64,000 nucleotides of DNA, from NCBI RefSeq assembly GCF_009914755.1, contig NC_060926.1. One strand, written 5' to 3'. Made by a program: the position numbers and the translations under genes. The notes below the pieces were generated by a model that was given only the letters and a program-made list of their open reading frames with translations, did no database searches and had not been told where the DNA came from. This DNA is from the human T2T-CHM13v2.0 reference genome, Homo sapiens. Positions 13,671-29,500 of the stretch are shown piece by piece. The number at the start of each line of letters is the position of its first letter. Positions within the stretch are counted from its first letter, which is position 1.

Positions 13671-15939
13671 CTTACAAAATCTTACTGCTGTAATTAATAA
13701 ATATGGAAACCTCTGTTTACTAACTGTGTTCATTCATATTAAAAACATTTACTTAAAAGAAAGAGGACTAAATAGTAATACATTGTTGGCCAGCACTTCT
13801 TACTGGGAAAGGAGATTTGAAGAGTCTTACTTTTGTAAACGCTTTCCTAAGTGCTACCTGCACCTTAAATGTCACACCTTATATTGCTTTATGTTCTCAG
13901 AGTTCACATTCTAAAACTCATACGTTAGGAATTAGGACCAGTGGATAGAAAAACTTGATGACCCCTGGGGACACCAAATGTTGATTGCTGCTTGTTGTTA
14001 CAGAGGCAAGACAACTGAAGTTTGGGGAGAAAAATCTCCCTTCCTGACAGCAACATGCCAGACCATTAAGAACTTTTGCAAAAATCAATATTGGTCTGAA
14101 TTATTCAACTGGTGTGCAACAGGATATAGTGGAATGTAAACTATTGGGCTTCCACCAAAGATTTGTGGCTGGCATCCACTATAAATACACAAAGTAACTA
14201 CTCTCTAGGGAGGAAAACAGCGAGAGGAGCAGGAAATGCCAGGTTTCAGAAAATTAGCCAACCAAGTTCACCCAGCATAAATGCTGATGCACTGCCATAT
14301 TTGCTAATATAAAGGGTGGACCCTCTGATACATTACATGTTGAGAAGATCCTCAGCTTCTTGCCATGTTTCAACGTGGACTAAACAAAGCTATTCTATCC
14401 TCTGAGCTTTTAAGCTCCCTTTTCAATAAATAAATCACAAACTAAACATTTTGAAAGTCATCTCTTTCTCCTGTCCCTGAGAGTCCAGTCATAGGTCTAC
14501 ACAGATGGCTGTCAAGGTGGTATGATTTGAGGTGTGCTGGGAAAGTCCTGTTTGTCCCCAAATATCTCCCCTCTATTGGCCTGTCAGTCATGAGGAATCA
14601 ATCAAGATAGGGCATTTCAGGAATCAGAGGATACAGTAGAGAACAAAGGTTCTGACCCTGGTGGAATTTATGAACAGATTTCAGGAGTCCTGGTTTCCCA
14701 AAAATTATTTGAGAAATACCATGTGTATACACATGAGTGCATTTCCAGGTTAGAGAATCCAGGGCTTTCATGGTATTTTCAGAGTAATCCATGACCCATG
14801 AATGGTTAAGGATCTCAGGACTGAGTCAGGAGATCTGGTTCTCTATGCCTGTCTGGCTACTGGCTGGCCATGTCATCTCAGACCGAGACTCTCCCTGCAC
14901 TTGCTTCAGATTCCTGCATTTTTGAAGACTGCCTGGTTAAAGTCTTGGTGCTCCACCATGTCTCTGTGTGTAAAGGGCCCCCTTTCCAAGACTGCTGAGG
15001 AAAATGGCCAAATGCTTCTTTTGTACCTGCTTCCTATGGATCCCCCTCAGCTCAGGGAATAGTAATACTTTAAGACAGCATTACTGGAGAAAGGTAGAGA
15101 AAAGGGGAATAACAGAGAATGTTAGAGAAAGAAGGGGGAGAGAGGTGAGAAAGAGGGAGAGAGAAATGCCTCTCACTGATATAGGGGTGTCTGTGAGGCA
15201 AAGTCAAAACACCATTGACAAAGGTGGTCTTAGGATCAGTCCCTTGCCCCAGCCCCCGCCCATTCATTCCCTCTCACTTCCAAGTACAGCTGCAACATTC
15301 AAATGTTTGAAAATTCATTTTTTAGAGGTTTTCAATTGAACAAGGGCAGGAGGAGAGGAATTACTTATGCGTGTATATTCATGTTTAGTTTTTACTTTTT
15401 AAATTATGAAACCATCGTGTCTTCCAATAAGTAATAAAGTACAAGGGAATAATTTTTTACTGGCTTCCTCATTTGTTTAATAGTGATGATATGAAAAAAA
15501 ATGACCTTTTAAAAACACTTAAACGGTTAACTTTTGATCTCAAGTCTTCTCCCCACAGCTTAATTTATTAAAACTAAACACATCTTGACATTATAAATTA
15601 GGAAAGTTGAGAGGGCAGTACACTATAATTAGAAGCCTGGGCCAGGCATTCTACAGAACAGATAACTACAACTATTACAAGCCAGCTTACTGAAAATTTT
15701 ATTGGATGTCATTCATGCACAAGTAATGAATGAAGAACCACCACTCATGGAGGGGCTGATAATACGATGGGTAGGGTGGGTAGAAGAGGGAAAATCTTTC
15801 TGGCCCCTCTCTGCATTCTAGCCTCCGGGCTTGAGACTCACCACCAACACTGCTTATAAACATGAAAGGGATTCTGTTTGTTCAAGTGCTGTAAGACCTA
15901 TTTTTTTTTACATTAGTTAAATTTTTATTTGTATTTTAT

Positions 15940-16592
<653 letters not shown>

Positions 16593-17649
16593 AAGGGCCT
16601 ATTTTTATTCACTATGCAACTAATGTACCAGGCATAATCCCACAGGATTACTTAAGAGCTCATAATGGGCTTGAGACTAGAGATGGTCCTCAAGACAGAG
16701 TCCATTTCTGGTCACCCTTCAGGGCTCAGGGAACACTGGGCCCTAGCTGTGATCAAATTTGGTCATCACTGCTGCACTCTAAGACTTTCATGGGGTATTT
16801 ACACTTAAAACATACCAAATAGAAAGACATGGGGTTATGACCTGTAAATCCTTGTAGTTGGTTAAATCTATTCTAAGAGCAAAAAGTAATATAGAAACTG
16901 AATAACAGTAAAAAAAATAACTAGCAACAAGCTAAATGTTCAATAATAGGGTAGTAAAATGACTTATGATTGACAGGATATTATGCAGCCATTGAAATGA
17001 CGGTAGGAATCATTGTAGGTATCATTGTGGTAGGTACTTATGATGAAATGTTAAATTTTAAAAAGTAGTAAAAACTTATTTATTCTTTTTCAAAGATCTG
17101 GGTCTCTAATCATGCCACAAGATTATAATTAAGAAAAAAAGAAAAATATCCCATAAAGAAAAAAAAAAGTTAACATTTTGCCATGGAAGAGAGGTGTTAA
17201 GAAGTGATACTTTTCTTCTTCTTTTTCATTTATTTGATAATTATATTATCAATTATATTACACTTGTCTTACTTTTATACTGATACATATATTTATAATT
17301 AAAAGAAACATTAATATTACATTCACATATTAATTAAAATTTTAAAATATTTTCTCCTACATTAATTCATTTGCTACATAAAGGAAAAGTAAGAAAACTA
17401 AAAGTCAAGTTGCTAGATTTGGAAACTAGAGACAGTGAGTGAAAGTTGGCCAAGTCCCCACAACTGTCAGAAACAGAGCAAATCCTCAAAGACAGGGTTG
17501 TTAATACCCAGTCTAGAGCTCTTTAGCCTCCAAATCAAAAGGCTATTTCTGGCAGAAAAACAATTACATCTACTAGAGAATGTATTCAGGGAAAGAAACA
17601 TCTTCTGTTATTGTACTGGACCTCTGCTGTTTGTACCTATCCATTCCAG

Positions 17650-18145
17650 CACTATCAGCATCTCCCTGTGACTTCCTTTGGTGGAACACTCTTCCCACAT
17701 TCATGGTCCATTCATACAGTTTTAGGCAGTGCCTACCCTATGTCCCAAGGCCATGGTTATGCAATGGCCCATGCTGGACAATCAGTGTAGTCCAACCAGT
17801 TTCAAGCTTATCCAATGAGAGTGAGCCCTGGGATGTTGGCTGGAATGACATTCTTTCCACTGGGGCGGCAGAACTGGCAACACAGAAATCTGGTGTTCCT
17901 AGGTGACCCTTTTTACTATCTGGAGAGATCCTGCCTGAGAATAAGATAAACCAGGGAGAAGCACAGCTAAGAATAAGGTAAGATGATTCCTGGTCTCATG
18001 GCCTGAAACCTGGGTCTAGCAATTCCTGAGACTTGATAACACTGGATGTTACATTTTCATGAGTCGACAAATTCCGTTATCTCCTTTTAAGGCAATTTGA
18101 GGTAATTTTTATTACTTGCAATCAAAATACTCCTGACTCATATTT
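17650..18145 (+). mobile_element. Old MLT1 (K/L-like) LTR
   Basis: Ends TTATTACTTGCAATCAAAATACTCCTGACTCATA, typical of a MaLR 3' end. Confidence 0.55.
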
Positions 18146-18625
18146 CTGCCATTTCCCAGCAAAGTGTATACAAACATTTTCTGGTTAAAAAAATAATTAT
18201 TGATGAAAGAAACCATTGTAGTTCTATATCATGTAGTCACAATTGCCTGTGTTCATTCATCACTGTTGTGATCTATGTCATATTCTTCCCTCGGGCAAAA
18301 ATATTTTAGCATCTTACAAGATGCTAAATAAAGGGGCAAATATGAAATGAAGCAATTACAACTATTTGTTTTGTCTCAAATGGGTGTGTTATAGTTCCTA
18401 ATTAATTTTGGTAAGTCAACAAATAACTTTATATATGTTCATTCACATTTGACAATCTGAATATGTATGATGCTTAAAAATAAGTTTTGATAAACATATC
18501 TTAATTGACAGAGCAGAAAAGGAGGTTTCTTAACTTGCCATCTATATCCAATCTGGATTTAGACTTTTCAATAAACATTAAACATGAAAACATTTTTATT
18601 AGCGGTAATTATACATAATTTAGAT

Positions 18626-18823
18626 AAGTGATTCTGAAACTTTAGTATGCATCAGAATCACCTGGAAAACTTGTTAAAAAAATTTATTGCTGGCCACTGC
18701 TCACTCTCTCTCCAGGTCTCTGATTCTGTGGGGCTGAGGTTGGGCCTGAGACTCTGCATTTCTGACAAGTTCCCAGGTGATGTCGACACTACTGGTCTAG
18801 CAACCACAGTTCAAGAATCACTG
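18626..18823. mobile_element. MER5A hAT MITE
   Basis: TIR-like AAGTGATTC / GAATCACTG, internal GCATCAGAATCACCTGG, 8-bp TSD ATTTAGAT / ATTTAGAC. Confidence 0.88.
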
Positions 18824-20329
18824 ATTTAGACTTTGTTTTTAAGTTTTGCATTTTGCTGTAATTTTTATTTGGTGTAAACTGTAATATATATTTTATGTCT
18901 CCGATTAAAAACATGAGCCCACGTTTTCTGAGATGCCGATATAATTTAGACCTGAAAATTCTGGACACAAAGATAATGATGTGCTTTAAAGGTGGATGGG
19001 AAACAACAGAGTTAAAGTAATTTGGGCAAAACCTTGATTAAAATAATTCATTATGGAATCCAATCAACCTTAATTTCCAACAGATGACATGACCACTCAG
19101 GTATTCCGCTACATCAAGCAAAATTCAGGCTCAAATGTTCTCCTGCTGCACTGATTAGCAAAGTTCACCAGGCCAAAGTAATCAAGTATACCACAAATTC
19201 CTAGGTGCCTTTTTATCTCTGCCTAACACAATGCAACTAAGTGGTCTCTGTCTGCCAACGGGAGTAACTCTTAGGAAGAGCAACGAAACAGTTTGCTAAA
19301 ACCTGGTTAGTCTGCAGGAAGTCATTAAAATGATAGAATAATTCAGGAATCTGATGATCTCCAAGTACAATGCCTTGTCATTTTGTGATTATTTGATAAT
19401 TCCAATCCACTTCATTCAAGTAAGAGGTTCTGGGACTTTAAAATCAAGTAGGGTCTGAACCTACCAGGGTCTGAACTGAGTTTTACAATGTTAAAGCACA
19501 ACATCTTACTGTCTTCCTCTGGACATACCCAAATGGGTTTTCTCTGTTGGTAAACAATGACATTTCTCCCTATCTTTCCATTCAAGGCTTAACCACTAAT
19601 GAAGTAAGAATCTCTCATATTTTAACAACTAAGATTAGATTATGACAGAAACTTCATTAAAAGTCACATGTAAAATATCCTCTTTGATTGCATATCAATT
19701 TGAATATAGTCCATTTTAACATACCTTGTCAAAAGAAGAATATACATTAAATGTAAAAATGTGCCAATGTTAGCTGCAAGGCTAGTAAATCACCAGTTGG
19801 CAATAAGGATATTTATTTCTGTATAGTGAGGAAGTGTGATAACATAGATGCAAAGAGCTGAGAGAAAGCTTACAATCTGCCCAAACCCCTCTTTACACAC
19901 AGGAAGGAAATAAGCTCAGAAAAGAGGAATATTTTATCAAAGGAGTTCACTTGGCTGTAAAAATGATGTTGCCGGTCATAAAGTTTTTCATTTTCCCAGT
20001 GGAGAGAGTCACCTTTTCAACACATCTGCAGCAGACTCAGAGCAGGGTGGACAGCACAGATGTTGCCAACAGCTTCAGGTTCCAGAAAGGCCCTGAGAGC
20101 CAGAAGACACCGATGACAATGGAATCCACCCAACCAGGTAAAACTTAACTGAAGTCAACATGCTGCCCTGTGATCAAATCAGAAACAACTGTGTAAGAAC
20201 AAGGCGGGTGAAAAGACCTTACCAATGAGAGTTCAGAAACTGCAGACATGAGTACGTAGCCTCCTGGGGCTGGGTGAAGTGTGACCGCACACTTGGTCTG
20301 CTTTAAGAGTTGTGCAGCATGTGTAGAGG

Positions 20330-21025
20330 GGACAGAGGAATGAGAGTTTGCTCTGCTCTTCACTGCTCAGATGGGAACTTGAGTTGTGTTTGGCCAGATG
20401 CCACACTCATAAGGCATATGGAGAAATGAGGTCATTCAGGGAGATGGATCTGAATGGTGCAGGGACTTGAACCGTGTCTTATAACGCAAGAGCAGGAAAA
20501 ACAGTGGTTATCTAGCCCAAAGAAGAAATGTTTTGGGGGCAGGGGGAATATGGGAGTTATCCCTGGGTGAGACAAGTTGTCAGGGAAAGAGGGATTCAAT
20601 TGTTCTACATGGCCTTAGGAGGCAGATCTAGCACTCATGGATAGAATTAGTGGGAGACAGGCTGGAGAGAAACACAGAGAAGTAATTCTAAAAATGAGAG
20701 ATATTCAAAGTGAATGACAGCTAAATACAATTTTATCTAACATTTTTATTGAGTCCTTATTTTGTGCCAATTTCTGTGTTAAGGACCTTAAAATTGTCAT
20801 CTCATTTCATCCTTCCAACAACCGTGTTAGGTACATTACCATACTGATTTAAATATAGAGCAATGACAGCTGGAAGAGCTTGAGTAACTTGTCCAAGGCC
20901 ACATAGCTGGTTAGCGCAGTAGCCTGGATTAGAACTCAGCTATCTGCTAAGCTTCTCGACCTCACCACGATGTTGCTATGGGCTACTTTGGGAAGTAGGG
21001 AGTTTCCTGTCACTAGGGTGTCCAA
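20330..21025 (+). mobile_element. L3/CR1 LINE 3' fragment with an antisense MIR inserted (about 20740-20975)
   Basis: Degenerate CR1 motifs GAGGGATTCAATTGTTCTACATGGCC ... GGCAGATCTAG and GAGTTTCCTGTCACTAG. Confidence 0.6.
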
Positions 21026-21811
21026 TGTGGGCAAACATGGTCTTGTAATACTTTAATATTCTCTTCCAGTAGGAAGAAACTACTGTTCTATGCTTTGTCC
21101 TGAAAGAGCGACATTTTGAGCACGTAGAGCTATCTTTATATAAATAAGAGAAAATGACTCTAAGGACATTGTGAACATGTCATAGGATTTTCTCTTGGCC
21201 CAACCCCAGCCAAGAAGTCACTGCTTTCCTGGAACCAAGAGGATAAATGAGGGACTGTGGGCAAAGGGAAGACCTTACCCAGGCAGCAGAGATGGGTTCA
21301 GGAGTTAGAGAGGCTCTTTGGATTCCAGAGGCAAAGCCATAGGATAATCACCTATGGATATGATGGAGAAGGCCTTGTGCTCTGGGTCCCACAACAGAGA
21401 AAAGACTTCTAGGGAGCTTTGATTAAAACTGGCCCCAAGCGGGTTGAGTTGGCCAAGACACTCCACTGGGGAAAGGCTGTGCTGCTGGTCCTCAGGGGAC
21501 AGGAGAAGGGAACTCTTGGATGACACACTCCCTACACCCAGATAAGTTCCTGGGGAATTATGGTCCTAGTAAAGGAGCTACCTGAAATTTCTTTCCATAG
21601 TCCCACTTACATCAACAAATACTGGGGGATCCCACCTGCTAAGGTGAGGCGGGGGCAGGGGTGGGGTGGGGAAATGATCATAAGCACAGTCAGGGGTTTC
21701 TCCAACTCCTTTGCTTGGAAGGAAGACAGGACAGATGAACAAGGGGATGTGGCCACAGTGGCAGCAACGAAATCATCTAGTTAGCTGAAAGGAGGATCTC
21801 TGTGCCCTTGG

Positions 21812-21937
21812 GAATCGATGGAAGTCATATCCCAACAGCTGGATGCGTGATAAGACACTAAGAGCCCACAGCACGAATCGATGGAAGTCATATCCTATCA
21901 GCTGGATGCGTGATAAGACACTAAGAGCCCACAGCAC
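21812..21937 (+). repeat. 63-bp tandem duplication (2 copies)
   Basis: 21812-21874 and 21875-21937 differ at only 2 positions. Confidence 0.95.
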
Positions 21938-22978
21938 CCAGTGTCAACATCCTTAATGGGTCACTTCTCTTACAAACTGGGGGAAAAATTACCTCAATTT
22001 TACCTAGAGATAATAACCCTTAAGATTTTGCTATTCACTCTAAGAAGAAAAAGAAGTGCCTCTTATTGTACCACACCCCATGCTAGATGTTCAAAAGATG
22101 TTACTTTTTATTTAATCCATTTGCATATGTATTATTGCTTCCATCTTTTAGATGTGAGATTGAAACCCAGAAGTACATCCCCAAACTTAGTGAGAGGACC
22201 AGGAGTTGAACCCAGGGCTGAAGGATTCAAACTCTTTACTCATTTCTACCATGCTGCCTCAGTATTACGAAAATGTCAAAACACTAAGGTGATGTCCAGC
22301 ATCAAAACAGTAAGCTCTCTCTACTTCTTCTGGCTATAATTGGTAAAGGCAAGTCCCATTTTCCTTTGTCAGGAAATTCATATTCGTGTGATATTTATCA
22401 CAAGAGATTTGCATTTTAATACAGAACTCTTGGACAGGGAGGTGGATGTAGCTAAACATAGAGGAAATAAGTGAAATGAAAGAATTATAGATGATGTCAG
22501 AATCAGAAAGGAGGGGAAGGGAGGTTGGCCATGTGATCCCCCCTCAGGTTGCCTGGTAATCAATTTCCAAGTCTGCTGCAGCAAAAGCGTCAGGAGATGA
22601 GGTTCCATAAGATATTCTTTGAGAAAGAGGCTGTCCTCTGGTAGAGCCAATATGAGTGACCTTCTAAGGCACCCAGAGGAAAACAGGCAATTGATACTGT
22701 ATCTAGAGCCATCTTTAGGGTGAAGATCCAGATTCAATTCAGTGGTAATGAGTAATGACAATGTTTTGCTGGTCTTTGGAATTTATAAACCTATAGGTGA
22801 CAGCGGCCCTCAAAAAACTATTTATCTTTCTAATAGCGTTGACTATACTCTCACTGCCCCTACATGTCCCAAAAACATCTTAATTTCTCTGTTGAAAAGC
22901 TGACAAGGAAATGAAAACTTAACAAAAAAAGTGAACTCCACTTCATGAATGTTTTATCACCTTCATAAGTTTATATAT

Positions 22979-23324
<346 letters not shown>

Positions 23325-25370
23325 TTATAAAACATTAGATCAAAATGGATGAAAAAAGTTGTGGTGTTTCTTAAACATACATATAAAAAATTCAGTCTCA
23401 CAGGGATATGTCATTTCTATTTAGAGGATCAGGGTTGTTTTGAATAGTTTCTTATTTGTCATATGCTCAATGTGCATTCAAATACAGGTGGCAATCCTTG
23501 AAGAAAATTAAACATGCTGTGACTTATAAATCAAATAGGAGGACTATAAGAACGATAAACTTTCAGGTTGTTAATATGAAAATTTTTTGAAAAGTTTTTA
23601 TTTTGGGTACTAAAAAAAGTTAAGAAGACATCCTGTAGATTAGTTAACTCTTCATAAAGGTCATTAAATGGCTTTGAATAGTATAGCTGATTTAAAAATA
23701 AGATATGCTAATTTATGTACTGATAGAGTAAATGGAAACTAGCAATAAAGTAAAATAAGTGAGTCTATCCTGGGCTTTGTCACTTCTTGGTTTATCAGTA
23801 TTAATAATAAAGTGTAATTTTAAAATAAAGTGATTCCTTCAGCAGATAGTACACAATTCCCTGCAGCTAAAGAATGGAAAAGAGATTAATTCCATGACAA
23901 TTATCTTGGCTTATCATCCCTTTAGCAGGGCCCCTCTGCTTGTTTTAAACCTTTCTATTTGTATGTGAAATCTACTGCCTGGGAAATTAAAACAAATGTT
24001 ACAATTCAACCCAGCGAGCTCTGTCCAATAGGAATTCAAGGTGAAATGTGGCTCACTGTCTCAGCCCTCCAGGAGCCCACCGTAGAGAGGACACTTGTTT
24101 TCTTTTAAAGCTTAATTCCCAGATATGGGAAATGAAGAATTCACAAGATTTCACTTCGGGAGATTTCACGATAGAGCATTCCTTTGCTGGTTTCATTGTC
24201 ACCTGCCCCAGGTAACTCATGAAGTCTTATGAGAATTGCCTCTTATTCTTCGGGAAGGATTACTATATACCTTCTGCTATGAAATTAACCCCAGTGCTGA
24301 GATACACAAACTTACTACCCAAACTCAACTCACCCTGACCTGAGATGAATGGGGGATTGCGAAGTCTTTCTCTGAACCAACTTCTCAGCATCCTCACAGA
24401 TGCCTCTTGGATGCTCAAGGGAATACAGGGAAGAGAGGGGAACTGTGAAAAGTTTCTGTGGGCAGACTTAGATAACAATAAACGGTAATGATGACAGTTT
24501 TTTTTATCTAGCCAAAATAGATCCCACTTCATTTACTATTTTCTATCGATGTACCCTTTCTCTGTACTCTTCCTGGTGCAGTGGTACAAGCGGGGCTTCA
24601 AGGGAAAAGTGGGCCCCTTTATGAATGGCTGGTTAGGGGGGGAAGCTTGGCTATATGTGGATTTGCAGCTCATTGCAACGTGATTCATCTCAGTTGGTTA
24701 TGTGCAGAGAACAGCTGGCAGCAGGTACCCAACTAGTTGCAGAGAGAAGTTAAAAGGGACTGTTGCCTGCTGAGAGTGCAGAGGAATTGCTTTAAGGACT
24801 CCCTGAAGCACAGCCTGCAGCGAGCGAAGGGGCACAGGCAGGGAGGCAGAGAACCAGCAGCGGCTGACAGGCAGTTAGAGAAAACAGAAATCGGCCATTC
24901 AGAGCAAAGGTTTGGGGCCCTAATTTGAGTCCAAAAGGTGGAATGGCAAATGGTAACAAGCTCTTGGAGAGCCCCAAAGGAGAGGCTGTATGAAAGAAAT
25001 AGCACCACCCTCCAAGCCCCTTAATTCAATGCCAGAGATGAAATGCACCAGTACAGAAGGAAATCTTGGCCAATGGGAACAAGGCCTCGTGGAAGCCCCG
25101 GCTTCTGAGATGACTACAGAGCCAGGTACAGCGCTCCACCCCTTCTCTTGCCTTTTCCCCACACCTCCACTTTGGCAGGTAGGTAGCAGCCCATGGACAC
25201 AAGTAAATCAGGTCTAAAGCCTAAAACACCAAAAGATTAATACATGGTGTTTGGCTGATTCACTATGACTGATTTGTTCTGTGGAAGGAAAGAAAAATTC
25301 AAGTAAATTCAAAGAGGCCTGTGAACTTTTGGTACAGTAACTCAGAAGCAACAAAGATCCAGAGAAATTA

Positions 25371-25427
25371 AAAGAAAAGAAAAGAAAAGAAAAGAAAAGA
25401 AAAGAAAAGAAAAGAAAAGAAAAGAAA
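25371..25427 (+). repeat. (GAAAA)n microsatellite
   Basis: About 11 perfect AAAAG units. Confidence 0.95.
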
Positions 25428-25574
25428 CATGGTGAGGAAGAAGGACAAGACCCACCCCCCACCCTGCCCCATCCAGGGATAAGAAGAAGCAAAGAAGCTG
25501 GTGAACTGGTGAGGCCTGGGGGCCAGTGATGAAGGAAATCATCCAGAAGCCTAGGAATAAAATGTCATTTAGGT

Positions 25575-26055
25575 CTCACAGTCTGCAATGAACACGTCCT
25601 TATTTCCGTATTCTGAGGCTTTGACATCTGGGACCTTGCTGACTCTGGAGGGGCAGTCCCTTCAAGGTTGGCCAATTGCTAGAGACAGTGAACAACTCAC
25701 TCGTGAGCAAATTTTGCAAATGCAAGCCAACCCAGAGCCCACACCACCTCCAACCAGCTCTCTCTCACTCTCACATGAAGGGCCCCTGTGCCCCAGAGCC
25801 TACTGAAATCATTCAAACTGCCAACTCTAGACCTGTTCTCCCTGCCTTGCTTGCTGCTCCTTCCCACAGAAACCACAGTAAGGATTCCTGCCTGCAGTTT
25901 CCCCTCTGCCCCTTCCTCTGTCTCCAGACAGACCCTGAGCTTCACCTTGAAGCCCCCTCAGGGCATGGCATCCCCCTCCTTTTGAAACCTGTGAGAATAA
26001 GAACTATCTTTTCAGTAGCCCTCATCTCCTAAGCTACTGGCTTTGCCATACCTAC
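25575..26055. mobile_element. ERV solo LTR (MER54/MER74-like, subfamily uncertain)
   Basis: GGCCAATTGCTAGAGACAGTGAACAACTC and GAAACCACAGTAAGG motifs resemble ERVL LTRs. Confidence 0.5.
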
Positions 26056-26179
26056 ATAAAGTAAAAGCTATATTTAAAAACATGGCTCCCAAACCATGTG
26101 TCGCTAAAAAAAAAGTCCATTCTGATACCTCATTGAAAACTGTCATTTTGTAACAGGTGAACATGGAATAAATACATTA

Positions 26180-26524
<345 letters not shown>

Positions 26525-29500
26525 TTACTCCTAGATTGTATCTTACTAAAAATATTTTTGAAAAAGTCTCCGTTTTAAAATTGTGAACTGAACTAGTTCA
26601 AGATCCACATAAGATGATCAGATAAATGTCTTTTTATATTTTTCTCCAAGAAAATATTATCAGTGAATTTACTGAATTTATATCTGGCTGGCATCAAGAG
26701 GTTTCAATATTACATAAATGTTATAATATCATTATTATTCTTCAATATATGATTATTAAATCTATTGTAATAATTACATGGCGATGAGCATGGCTTAGAT
26801 TCCATGTGATGATCCATGAAGCTCTTATACCTTTGCAATGAGGCCCCTGGGATCAGTTTTCAGACACTGAGGATGGGGTAAGGTCATAAATGGGATGTGC
26901 ATTCAAGAATTTACATTCATCTCAGGAAATACCCCGACACCACTTTTGGGGAAAAAGGAAAAAGGCTGTTTGTTTTCTTATTTGTCTTTCTCTCATAAAA
27001 CTAGACTGCAGGGAGATTTTTTGGTGATTTGGATTTCCAAGGAACCCATTTTATCATATGAACTTAGAAACACCTGCACATCATATGCTGTTTGCCTGCA
27101 GTTGCTTCTCATTTTAAGCTGGAATTACCTACAGAGTTACCTCCCCCAAGTTACTACACTGTATGGGAGGCAGTCTCCTCTAAATGAATTCCTGATCATC
27201 TTAGTATTTTATGAGATTACCAAAACCAATTTGACTTGGCCCCAGGAACCTAAGAAGCAAAAAACAAAACAAAGCAAAACAAAACAGAAACAGAAAAAAA
27301 AATGATGTCACAGGAAAAGGTATTTTTCCTGTTTCTAAGAAAGGTCTTGTGGATATGATTACAAATGAGACAAAGGTAAGGGAAAAGACTCTATCTTGGG
27401 AAAAATGATGCAAAATTTCCAACTGCTCATGTTCCTTGCTCTGTTCTTAAAAATATGTCTTCTTTACTTTGCTGGGTTGAGATGCTGTTCTCTCAAAACA
27501 AACCACGGACACGTGTTACAAGCTGTATCTTCTTTAGAAACACAGTCGAACCTGCTTTCTAGAGGAGCCCCTGTCCACCGTGACAGCTGAGCAGCAGCAC
27601 TTACTGACTCTGAAAGGGAGGCTGAGCCTGCCCTGGGTGTGCTGTAACTAAGGCGTTCCAATTCCAAAGGCAAAAATGCTATTAAGCAGCCAAGGATGTT
27701 TAAATCTAGAAAGTTCAATTCATAAATTAAAGATGTATTTCAGATATTTCTGAAACAGGAGTAATTACCAAAACTAAGACTGTAGAGACTCTTACACCAT
27801 GACAGCTGGTGTTTATAATCTCTCCTCCCACATCCACATCTTAAATCTCTGGTCCTTTATCGGACTTGGGTCACACTGCTTTGGTTATAAAGTAAAACTG
27901 CATATTTCCCACTCCCTTTGTAGTGAGGCTCTAGGGTTGGAGCTCATTTGAATGCTAATGAATTAGATCACCCTCAAAAGGTTGCTATCAGAAATCAGAC
28001 TACGTGGATATTTTACAGCATTTCATAGTTTCAGGGTGATCGTGTTCCTGACTCAGCAAGTCAAGCCAATACCTATATAACAAGGGCATTTTTCTGGACC
28101 CCATTCTAGAGCCACAATTTTTCCCCCAAGGCTATGTAACATTTTCTCCTGGCAAACTATTAGAGTTAATAGAATGCTGTGGTTCTGTTCTGGGGACTGC
28201 TCATCAATCATACTGCTTTTTGAATCACAACTTGTGTAATTTTTATTCATGACACTTCAGTAAGTTACTTTGAAGCATCACATCTAAAACAACCCAGGGA
28301 CTCACTAAACAAAAAAACAAACAAACAAGATTTGGGGTTTTGTTTTCCACTTCTACTCATGATATACTAGGCTTTAACTTACTTTGTAGAGTAAGGATTA
28401 AAATGCTTAATTGGCTATAACTAAGCAAACTGAATCCTTTAGATGAATCAAGCCAGCCAGCTTTCAGTTTCTGACATCAAAATTTATGCTCTGTGAAAAA
28501 AAACAAGGCCATGGCTACATAACATTAAACCAACACACAATTAACAACACTTTGTTCTAATTATCTCTGGGAACATTTAATGTTGCCCCTATAGTTCATT
28601 TTTCTTCTTTGATAGCTCTTAGAATATTTATGGAGATTAGTCCTTGATGCATTGGCCTTCTCTGAGATCTGGGGTTTTCTTAGAAGCTCCCACACAAATC
28701 TGAGCCATGCAAAGTAACATATTTATGCAGATTAATTCTTGACATATTGGCTTTTTCTATCATCTAAGGTATTTCTAATAAGCTTCTACCTAAATCTGGC
28801 CCTGGCAATGCAGGGCAGTCACAGACCCCCCCCACTCCTTGGCTTACCTCACACTAAGAATGTTTTTTTCTTTCTCTCAGCAGTTGGTCATAACTGATAA
28901 AAGGTTATGTCTTGATTGAACAAGCTTCCAGGAGTTGGAAGGCCAAAAGGGCTGCTGTAAAACAGCAATGGAGATGCTAATAAAACCCAAGGTAAGAGGA
29001 ATCTTCGGCTGCCTATTACTGAGAAACCTAAATTGCAGACAAGTTCAGCTTCCTCACATCAATAGTGAGAGACAGGCCACAAGAAAACGAGCACTGATCA
29101 AAGGCTTTTGATGATGGTAGAACTTCAATTTATGGAATGCACGTATTTTTCTACACTCCAAAGGCGTTTCTTCTGAAGTCACTGGGGGCATTCACTTTAA
29201 AGTCATAAATATTCTCTCCATAGCTCAGGATGGTTTGCAGCGCCACTTGGCGTGTTTGTTTGGGCATGTGATTTGATGCTCTACAGATGGATTGAAGCAC
29301 CACGAGGAGCTTCACTGTGGAAAGTGAAGGGGCTATTAGTTAAGAACACCTCTAAACTGATTAGAGGCTTGCTGAGGCAACTGCATGAGTTTTAAACATA
29401 GATGTTGTTAGCTCTTCATACTGATGTGTTGGATAGATAGGTAGTTCCATGTACTACCTATCTATCCAAAGAGTGTGAACAAGCTAAGTAACCAACAGTG

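Noticed and set aside
19450-19476. AGGGTCTGAAC repeated twice
   Set aside because: Short slippage-scale duplication, too common to be informative
21812-21937. Repeat considered as a CRISPR-like array
   Set aside because: Two head-to-tail copies with no spacers, eukaryotic context, no cas genes
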